64,000 bases of DNA from Myxococcales bacterium (GTDB lineage: Bacteria; Myxococcota_A; UBA9042; UBA3505): assembly GCA_002728755.1 (NCBI GenBank), contig PBVT01000035.1, positions 22,260 to 86,259 of the forward strand, read 5' to 3'. The notes beneath the pieces were generated by a model, which was given only the letters and a program-made list of their open reading frames with translations, was not told where the DNA came from and did no database searches. Numbering within the stretch: the stretch's first letter is position 1; every line of letters starts with the position of its first letter. Positions 38,701 to 45,415 of the stretch are shown piece by piece. The translations under genes and the position numbers were made by a program.

Positions 38701-41204
38701 TCTTGTGGTGGCGAGTGTGCACTCCGTTGCCGCCTCCAAACACGCTGAATCCAACCCAACAGCTTGAATAAAGAGTGAACCAACACGGCAACTAGCATCG
38801 AGACAAAGAAGAACCGAACCGGCGACCCCAGTAGGAGCGCCTCATTCAACTGGTTCAACATATGTGGGCCTGTAGTTTCGGGGTTCAGGATAATGATTCC
38901 CTGAATGACTCGAGCCACAAGAAAAATCAGCCCCCCTATAATCACAAATAAGAGCGCATACAAGACACCCGAAAATGCACTTTCATTGCGACTCCACCGA
39001 CGTAGTCGAGCAAAGATTTCTCCGCCCTGAATCGACGCGTATAGTATCCAACCCAGAAATAGCAGACCTACGAGTCGAAACATGCTGTCCAACCCAACAT
39101 TCGTTGGATACTGCACCCCACGGTGGAGCTTTTCAAAAGCGAAAACAAAGGGAGGATCCCAGGTCACAGAGCCCACCAGGGGATGTGGGGAAAGCTTAAG
39201 CTCTGCCAGGAGCACGTATAGACCCAACACCACGAAAAGGGCGCGAACAGGCCAGATAAGACCTCCCTTTCCCATTCGAACCGCCATAGCTGCTACACCA
39301 ATCGCAAGAGCAGGTGCCGCAGGATAGACAAAATGACCCAGCTTCAACATGGTCGCAGCGATTACGACAAACGGCACCGTAGCCCATAGGACAATAAGGC
39401 CATCAATACTGCTATTGTCCTCCTTTGCATCAAACCAGCGGCGAGCCACACCGGCCATCCCAAAAGGCACAAGGACAATCCAGGGTAATAACCCAAAGCC
39501 CGTCTGCAACATTAAGAAATCAAAGGAACGGTCGGAGCCACCTGGACCACCCTGGAAGAGATGGTTCGTTGCCGTGAAATGAGACATGAAGCCCCATGTA
39601 TCGGAACGGATTAAACCGCCAACTGCGCCGACAAAAATCACGGCCAGAATCAGGCTGGGCCAGTACAACCAGCGCCCAAAGAGATCGATGTCATCGGCCT
39701 CGCCATCTCCTTGGGACAGAAAGAGTCCGGGGAAGAATTGAAGTGCAAAGAGAACGACAACCAATACGGCGGGCACCCAGATTCTCATGTCCGAGAATAT
39801 CGCGCCCATCCCATCATTTGGTGCAAGAACCTCTGCAAAGAGAACCCCCAAGACCAACCAGGAAAACAAAGCAACATTCCGTAACGATGCGTTTCGACGC
39901 CACTCAAAAAGCATCAGAGCGAGAGCGATCATACTGAGCATCAATGTGCCAAAAACACCCTTCTCCAAGAATAAGAGTACATATCCGGCACCAAAGAGAC
40001 TCAATCCGGTGAACCTTCGCCCCCGCATGAGCCGTTCTAGACCGAGAACGCCAAGCCCCAGAAATGCAATAAACCCAATCTCACCCCCAAAGTTCCGCGC
40101 CTGAACGGCAAGATACGGCGATGTTAATAAGATTGCAGAACTAAATGCTCCTCCCCAGGGCCCAATCAAATGGGTCGCGAAGATGAACGTGATCATAATT
40201 GCCAAGATGCCGAGGAGAGCTCCCGGCAATCGGGTCGAAAACTCACTCGTACCAAACAGGTCATAGGACCAGGAAACCAGCCAATACCGCAGGGGAGGTA
40301 CCCCATAAACGCCACCATCATTCGGTCGGACCCGAACCAGCTCACTGGGGAGAGCGCGCGCGCCTCCAAGGCTCTTTCTCAGTACGTCGGCATCTCCAAT
40401 GGTGCGAACATTCAATCCCTTCGCCGCGAGTAGCGTAGCGACGGATTTGGAATTGTCATTATCAGTCGAAGGCCCGTCTTTTGGGGGTGCAGGATCGGAC
40501 CCAGCATCCGAGACGATCAGAAAGAGGCTGCCTGGCTGATAAGTCCGGCTGAAATCGGCCCAGTCCGATAGCTTCTTCTCAAGATCTTCACCAGCTTTAG
40601 CCATCGCCAGGTTCTTTGTAATCTCAGCCAGCTTCGTCTTGCGCTTCTTTATGAGCTTTTCAAGCCCTGGCAATGGTTTCACCGGCAGAGCGGTGTCTCC
40701 TTGTATGACCTGCCTTTGTTCTTTCTGTTTGGCGTCCAGGTCTACCAGCTCCTGTTCGACCGACGCCTTTTCCTTCACTAACGTATCCTGTGCAGGCCCG
40801 TGTTCGTAGAAGGCTGCCAGTTTATCATTATCGGCGGTCTCCACTGGGACGATCACCACATGATAGTCGTAGGACTTTAGATGGTTCCTTGACCGATTCA
40901 GGTGGCTCTTCAGGCTTCCTGTCGTGGCTTTTCCAGAACCATCGAGCCAGAAAACACGAACACCTGATTTTGGATCTTTGACGATCTCCTTATACCCATC
41001 ATCGAGCCCACTTTCTGTGGCTAAAACCAGTACCTGTGGAGACGATGTTATCGTTCGAGCGATACTCGCGGGGTTTATCTCCCACGGATCCCATAAGCCA
41101 GGAGAGCCCAGACGGAACAACAAAACAACCGCACTCACAACGAGTGTCGTCCAAGCCAGACGTCTGGTCAGTGTTCCGGTGTCAGGTTTTGGGTTGTCCA
41201 ACAT
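35748..41204 (-). CDS. giant (1818 aa) polytopic GT-C-like (ArnT/PMT_2-type) glycosyltransferase with inserted loop domain and large C-terminal repeat domain
   Basis: The N-terminus LFRLGSPGLWDPWEI and, ~260 aa later, PPLRYWLVSWSYDLFGTSEFSTRLPGALLG match the two halves of the ArnT/PMT_2 first-loop signature. More than 20 hydrophobic helices follow. The C-terminal ~600 aa is soluble with four W-x3-W-x-GA repeats. Confidence 0.75.
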   Translation of the reverse strand: MLDNPKPDTGTLTRRLAWTTLVVSAVVLLFRLGSPGLWDPWEINPASIARTITSSPQVLVLATESGLDDGYKEIVKDPKSGVRVFWLDGSGKATTGSLKSHLNRSRNHLKSYDYHVVIVPVETADNDKLAAFYEHGPAQDTLVKEKASVEQELVDLDAKQKEQRQVIQGDTALPVKPLPGLEKLIKKRKTKLAEITKNLAMAKAGEDLEKKLSDWADFSRTYQPGSLFLIVSDAGSDPAPPKDGPSTDNDNSKSVATLLAAKGLNVRTIGDADVLRKSLGGARALPSELVRVRPNDGGVYGVPPLRYWLVSWSYDLFGTSEFSTRLPGALLGILAIMITFIFATHLIGPWGGAFSSAILLTSPYLAVQARNFGGEIGFIAFLGLGVLGLERLMRGRRFTGLSLFGAGYVLLFLEKGVFGTLMLSMIALALMLFEWRRNASLRNVALFSWLVLGVLFAEVLAPNDGMGAIFSDMRIWVPAVLVVVLFALQFFPGLFLSQGDGEADDIDLFGRWLYWPSLILAVIFVGAVGGLIRSDTWGFMSHFTATNHLFQGGPGGSDRSFDFLMLQTGFGLLPWIVLVPFGMAGVARRWFDAKEDNSSIDGLIVLWATVPFVVIAATMLKLGHFVYPAAPALAIGVAAMAVRMGKGGLIWPVRALFVVLGLYVLLAELKLSPHPLVGSVTWDPPFVFAFEKLHRGVQYPTNVGLDSMFRLVGLLFLGWILYASIQGGEIFARLRRWSRNESAFSGVLYALLFVIIGGLIFLVARVIQGIIILNPETTGPHMLNQLNEALLLGSPVRFFFVSMLVAVLVHSLFKLLGWIQRVWRRQRSAHSPPQESALLNPFGLGRSLDLIALCLGVLGAFTLLFSAVSNPQNIFLGLLHPLILCGAILIGLWVAEHREDLFREEAVLAASVWLILYGAVVADKEGLFNATWAYTLYGLVLWFLLLRCWPRVFVSVALKRATIIVSLLGILVTTAIPLGGMLQDVTAATSYSAESPGALVPSASMHAVTAAVPYLPSGAAPDFASSSTLPDGLGLVGEPSPVGETMSQAMGSGLLLISIICLILWSIMGWTRSMQSFEARVGRSRLHMGVAISGVLAALFMATAPAMGMRTGEATMMRHLAWIPLAIVMVDVIATMIVYMDRDHNWRDALSRMARAIERPGIHFAGLVALSFVLMGLVVFRFVPDLSLHVSHKHLLETYKNAERRSDIGPNIFWHGAAGATHSKNNFYEQSIPHVKNEKTVIDILRGREDVVVRPETSRFLDLPEHVVVRSFDPRNDADGDGVRDYTADTGVGVLGSGVITDEHKSWAKDDWVGAQIIDGKGNNGKSEVGTSTNWSSNHLVDTRKKWTRDEWKGATLRIRNRGDVTVTGNDKTRLEFVGASMPTGSNGRLTRYELSFPRRVTSNTATTLTYEGPPLEQGAGKPDGYYRVDRMQTEFAGTTSRVRQFLTDRTAKWKPDQWKGAELRTGDDPKGRAGIVIGNDTDTVFFRGYPLRVIPSQSVQRYNLAMAGQDPVRGEVEAFGYELTFDGVQWALNRWKDARVIGDGNQRARERVVVSSGTNTVRYQGPPLGLGDGPATVTLRRAHNPKSTGMKDSRAYVVVPSRKLSSLNHTYRKSSGGKHIPVLDSRSSRLNLLASKISEGDKDYNRFRRVVHTTEDVMALPGVQPIEVNFEKKLILSAYRIHNSKRLVRRGQKVKVSLFFRVIGRVLKNYRIFVHIESPGADRIGADFWVLNLPGGADDKQCRGCFQTNHWMVGDVVEATFEKEIPFGSKSGRYDLWFGFYMSGGDQSRLSIESVKTPAYRTKNDPDRVKIGSFTVY

Positions 41205-41300
41205 TTAGACCGTGCGGTGTTGCTTCAGGGGCGGTGAAACATAATCGCTGCGTCCGTGTTTCGCAACGATAGAAGAGCGGATTCAGAGAGTGCCCGTTCC

Positions 41301-42326
41301 CTACTCCTTCCAGAGCAGCTTCCATGGGTGTCGCTTGATATCTCGGACTGCTTCCTTGATGTCATCATAGAGTTCAGGATCGTTCAGAATGGCCCCTACC
41401 AATCCACGGCCCTGACGCACATTACCAACCAGTTGTTCCGCATGGTTTACCATAGAGTCCAACCGTTCGAGCATACCGAGGATCCGAGAGCGGCCCTCTT
41501 CCCCGATCTCACTATAATTCGCTACAGCCCCCTTCAGGACAGTCAACGTCTCCGCAGATTCACTCAAGAGTCCCGGCATTCGCTTTGCGACAGATGCTGT
41601 AATGACCCGACTGTTTTTTGCTGTATGACGACCGTCAACGATCATCGCATGGACTTCACTACCATCTCCTAGGGCCGTGTTCAGAGAGCCTATAAGCACC
41701 GTGGTTTCTTTCAGCAATGAGGTCATATTGCTTACGGTCCCACCCATCCCATCTTTATTTGATTTCACCAGATCTGCCGCAACCTTCAGAGTCTTATCGG
41801 CGTTTTTGATCAATGAACTGATCGAACCCTCATTCTTGGACAATAGATCGGTCATACCATCGAGTAATTTGATTGCACGACTACTGACCGACGCGATGCT
41901 GAACGGCTCCTGCCCTCGAACCACACTACCGGGTGGAAGCGGTGGTTTCGATGCCGACCCTGGGTCGATCTCTATATATTTCGACCCAAGAACACCGGAG
42001 GTCGTGATCGTAAAGCTGGCATCCTCACGAACGCTCCCGGCCTTTCCGGTTGCGACTCCGATTTTCACTCGAACAAGAGGCGAGCTCCGGCCCGTTGTTC
42101 CCTCTAACGGACCATGGAACTTGAGAGCCTGAATCTTCCCCGATCGTACCCCACCAATCTTTACCGGCGCACCGGGAGCCAAGCCCCCAACTCGACGAAA
42201 CTCAACGTAGTAAGTCCGTTGCTCCTCAAATTGTATGTCGCCTAATGCAAATACAAAGAGCACCAGCAGGACAACTGAGGATAGAACGAGGAAGCCAACC
42301 TTTATTTCAATGGCACGTTCCTTCAT
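41301..42326 (-). CDS. MlaD/MCE-domain protein (orphan, no adjacent mlaE/mlaF)
   Basis: N-terminal TM (IKVGFLVLSSVVLLVLFVFALG), MCE core YYVEFRRVGGLAPGAPVKIGGVRSGKI, long helical C-terminus. Confidence 0.85.
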   Translation of the reverse strand: MKERAIEIKVGFLVLSSVVLLVLFVFALGDIQFEEQRTYYVEFRRVGGLAPGAPVKIGGVRSGKIQALKFHGPLEGTTGRSSPLVRVKIGVATGKAGSVREDASFTITTSGVLGSKYIEIDPGSASKPPLPPGSVVRGQEPFSIASVSSRAIKLLDGMTDLLSKNEGSISSLIKNADKTLKVAADLVKSNKDGMGGTVSNMTSLLKETTVLIGSLNTALGDGSEVHAMIVDGRHTAKNSRVITASVAKRMPGLLSESAETLTVLKGAVANYSEIGEEGRSRILGMLERLDSMVNHAEQLVGNVRQGRGLVGAILNDPELYDDIKEAVRDIKRHPWKLLWKE

Positions 42327-42423
42327 CGTGTCTAGATATCAACCTTCCATTCCGAGTGGCGTCATTGTACCGGCCGCCCCGAAAAGGGCAATGAAAACAT
42401 GTGACAGGATCCTTTCATCCACA

Positions 42424-42462
42424 AAAAATGAAAAAGGGCGAGGTAAAAACCCCGCCCTTTTT
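42424..42462 (-). terminator. rho-independent terminator after the 601-aa lipoprotein gene
   Basis: The minus-strand RNA would read AAAAAGGGCGGGGUUUUUACCUCGCCCUUUUUCAUUUUUU. The arms are 10 bp (42431-42440 / 42453-42462) followed by a U-run. It lies 27 nt past the stop at 42489-42491. Confidence 0.75.
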
Positions 42463-42488
42463 ATGGCTTTCGAACAGTTCTGAGCGAA

Positions 42489-44294
42489 CTACTTGCCACA
42501 AGCACCGGCCGGGGCAGCGCCACCAGGGGCTTGACCGGAAAGCTTCTTGTCGCAGTTTTTCAAGCCCGGGTTGTAGATGCAGATATTCTTGCGAATGGTC
42601 TCTGCGTCCACGCCACTGAACTTATGCTTATTGTTGGCGAGCCACGTGGGACTGGCGCTGATGCCAAGGCTCTTCGCGAGCTTGAGATCGTTACCAAGAA
42701 GAGTCTTACCTTCGCCGCCGGTAGAGCACTTCTCGATAACCTTTACATCAATTCCATTCACCGCACATTCCTGCCAATTCTCCGACCGGATGTTCTTGTT
42801 CCGGCAGAGGATGTAGTCCATGTACTTGTGGTTCTTTGGGTAATGCGTAATGGCACAAAGCTCGCGGATATTCTCGCGGACCTCTGTGTCACCTTTCAGC
42901 GAACTGAAACCAGTTTTGCTGTTTGGGTCTACGTCATTAATGAAGTGGATTTCGAAATCAAGGTCATCACCGAAATTCTTAAGAACCTCGTCCATGGCGT
43001 TTAGCGCACGAACACCATAGGGGCATTGGCTCATTACGAATACATCCAACTTGTTTTTCTGCTCTTTGCGACAGATGAGTTGAGCGGTACAGGTAGGATC
43101 TTCACAATCCACCTTGCCGTTACCCGTGTTGTCGGTTTTGTCATCGCAGATTTCCGCCGTGGGATCCCACTTCGCGCCAATGGCCAATACGCTATACGCA
43201 CCATATGGCTTGAGGTAACGCTGTACGCGCTGGTATCCCTCACCCTTCTTTACCGAGTCGGTGAAAAGAATGGCGGGAAGAAGAAGAGGACCGTTGGCCT
43301 TGACCATTTCGTCATACTTGGCCCGCCCGGCGTCCGTGGCGTAGTTGTAGGTTGTCTCGGATAAACCGGGGAAGAGGCTCTTAAGCCGTCCTACAAGACG
43401 CTGAGAGTTACAGGCTTTGCAGCGGGTATCGGTCAACACGATGGTCTCGACCTTAACCGGCTCAGGAATGTTGGCACATGCTTCGGGGCGCGTACCCTTG
43501 AACTCATTGCAGATGGACCGCATGAAATCATTCTCGGTACGGCCACCGCCATAACGACGACCCGAAAGGAAGATTGTGGGGCTACCCGTAGCCTTCTTGC
43601 TCTGGGCTTTCTCAAGGGAAGCTCCGAAAAGGTCTTTACCTTCCTGGCCTTCCGCACAAGCCTTCATCTTCGCTACATCCAGACCAACTTCCTGTGCACA
43701 GCTTTCACCATTCGTCGGAATAGCGCGCATGTTCTTATTCTGACAGAGAATGAAGTCCATGTATTTGAAGTCAGCCGCGTAATGGTTGATGGCACATAGC
43801 TGCCAGATATTTCCTTTCACTTCGCTCTGGCCATGCATCGCGTTGTAACCAGTCTCCTGGTTGGGGTCCTTATTACCGATAAACTCCAGATGGAAATCGA
43901 TATTGGCTCCCATTTTGTCCAATACCGGGTCGATTGCTGCTTCGACCTGGGTACCAAACGGACATTGGGACATCACGTAGAACTCTAATTTGACCTTCTC
44001 GTCGGTCTTTCCTGTCTTTACGGTCGACTTGGCTGGAGCAGCAGCGGGAGCCGAAGGAGCAGCGGCCGGCGCCGAAGGAGCGGCCGGGGCAGCAGCCGGA
44101 TTCTTTCCAGCGTTATCAGCTGTTTCACCAGCGTTATTCTTATTTGGATCTTCGTTGCCCCCAGGGGAGCCCTGTGTATCTTGAGGCCCTTGATTGTCGT
44201 CATTGCCTTTCTTCTTACAGCCGGCAATTCCCAGAGCCATCACTACACTTACCATCAAGACCAGACAGAAACCGGTTTTCAAGATGCGATGCAT
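42489..44294 (-). CDS. lipoprotein with two GILT-like (thiol-reductase family) domains flanking a thioredoxin-like middle domain
   Basis: Signal and lipobox (ALGIAGC), then an Ala/Pro low-complexity linker. Two paralogous ~165-aa domains: aa ~101-270 (nt 43485..43994) and aa ~415-582 (nt 42549..43052). They share F-V-M-S-Q-C-P-F/Y-G, (H/K)G-x-x-E-V-x-x-N-I-x-x-L-C-A-I-x-H-Y and KYMD(F/Y)ILC(Q/R)NKN. The HG..E..GN....C pattern recalls the GILT family. Confidence 0.6.
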   Translation of the reverse strand: MHRILKTGFCLVLMVSVVMALGIAGCKKKGNDDNQGPQDTQGSPGGNEDPNKNNAGETADNAGKNPAAAPAAPSAPAAAPSAPAAAPAKSTVKTGKTDEKVKLEFYVMSQCPFGTQVEAAIDPVLDKMGANIDFHLEFIGNKDPNQETGYNAMHGQSEVKGNIWQLCAINHYAADFKYMDFILCQNKNMRAIPTNGESCAQEVGLDVAKMKACAEGQEGKDLFGASLEKAQSKKATGSPTIFLSGRRYGGGRTENDFMRSICNEFKGTRPEACANIPEPVKVETIVLTDTRCKACNSQRLVGRLKSLFPGLSETTYNYATDAGRAKYDEMVKANGPLLLPAILFTDSVKKGEGYQRVQRYLKPYGAYSVLAIGAKWDPTAEICDDKTDNTGNGKVDCEDPTCTAQLICRKEQKNKLDVFVMSQCPYGVRALNAMDEVLKNFGDDLDFEIHFINDVDPNSKTGFSSLKGDTEVRENIRELCAITHYPKNHKYMDYILCRNKNIRSENWQECAVNGIDVKVIEKCSTGGEGKTLLGNDLKLAKSLGISASPTWLANNKHKFSGVDAETIRKNICIYNPGLKNCDKKLSGQAPGGAAPAGACGK

Positions 44295-44621
44295 GTTTCT
44301 TCCTCAGTAAAATTTCGTATTAAAACGGTGTTGTTACACTTGTATGGTCAACACACCGTTTGGCGGAGAGACGGGTTTCTAACAGAACGCCTCGGTAGGA
44401 GGCAACAGATTTGAACAAAAAAGATCTTCCAAAGATTCCGTAATAGGCCAAATCCAGGGATTCATGCCATCACACGGACCAGCTAAAGCCCTCCCTGCAC
44501 ACTAAAAAACCTTATTAATTACAGTGTATTGTAAAATCGTTGGCTATCCTGTGGGTCTCGTCGTACACTAGATCAATCCACTCGATCTATTCGGATCGAA
44601 GAACAGAAGCGAACACCCTAC

Positions 44622-45284
44622 ATGTCACCACAAGCCATCATACGACGTTCCTTACACCGCCGCTCATTTCGAACGGCAGGCTTCACGCTTATTGAATTAA
44701 TGTTCGTCGTGATTATCCTCACAGTCCTGACGTCTGTGGCAGTGGTCAACTTTCATGGGCATAAGCGTCGCGCACAAATTCAGGAAGCTGTCTCCTTTCT
44801 TGGTGCAATCCGAATTCGCCAGGAGTCCTATTTCGCTACGTACTCTCAATATGTGGATACTGGGAAAGCGTATAATGACTTCTATCCAACGAATGTATGG
44901 CCATCGGGCTGTAAACAGGATCCAGCGGAGTGGGATATCGGCTGTCCCACCGACCAGGCTGCCTACCCTGGCTGGTGTGCTCTAGGCGTCAACCCTGTGG
45001 ACCAGGGGGGAACATACTTTCAATACATCTCTATCGGCTGGGCACCGGGGGACACGGTACCGGGCTGTTCGAGTGGAGGTACGTGTCTGATAACCGAACC
45101 AAACCGTCCATGGTGGATCGCGGTTGCGCAGGGAGACCAGCATTGCACGTCGGAAGAAAAGTTTTCTACGGCCATAATGTCCAGCCAACTACGCACTGTA
45201 ATTGTACTCGATGCGGCTGAAGGTGACACCAGCACCGATTGGGGTACAATTGGTCAGGAGCAGGACTTTGGCGGCGCCCTTTAG
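44622..45284 (+). CDS. type IV pilin-like protein (prepilin N-terminal cleavage/methylation domain)
   Basis: The G|FTLIELMFVVIILTVLTSVAVV motif has Glu at +5 after the predicted cleavage site. A 20-aa basic leader (MSPQAIIRRSLHRRSFRTAG) precedes it. The C-terminal region is Cys-containing. Confidence 0.85.
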   Translation: MSPQAIIRRSLHRRSFRTAGFTLIELMFVVIILTVLTSVAVVNFHGHKRRAQIQEAVSFLGAIRIRQESYFATYSQYVDTGKAYNDFYPTNVWPSGCKQDPAEWDIGCPTDQAAYPGWCALGVNPVDQGGTYFQYISIGWAPGDTVPGCSSGGTCLITEPNRPWWIAVAQGDQHCTSEEKFSTAIMSSQLRTVIVLDAAEGDTSTDWGTIGQEQDFGGAL

Positions 45285-45324
45285 GGACACTCACTATCCA
45301 TCTCATCCGATTGACGTAACCCGG

Positions 45325-45350
45325 CCAGCTTTTCAGTAAAACCTGGTTTT
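45325..45350 (+). terminator. weak candidate terminator downstream of the pilin gene
   Basis: CCAGCTTTT-cagt-AAAACCTGG (one mismatch) followed by TTTT. The stem is AU-rich, so the call is weak. Confidence 0.3.
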
Positions 45351-45415
45351 GGTTGACCCTCGACCCTATGAGGCTAGAATGCAGCCATAGGTAGCCGGTC
45401 GCTTTCGAGTTTTTT

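Noticed and set aside
44541-44556. Possible sigma54 (-24/-12) promoter upstream of the pilin gene (TGGCTATCCTGTGGG)
   Set aside because: The GG is present, but the position 10 nt downstream reads TG rather than the conserved GC of the -12 element. The match is too weak to report as a feature.
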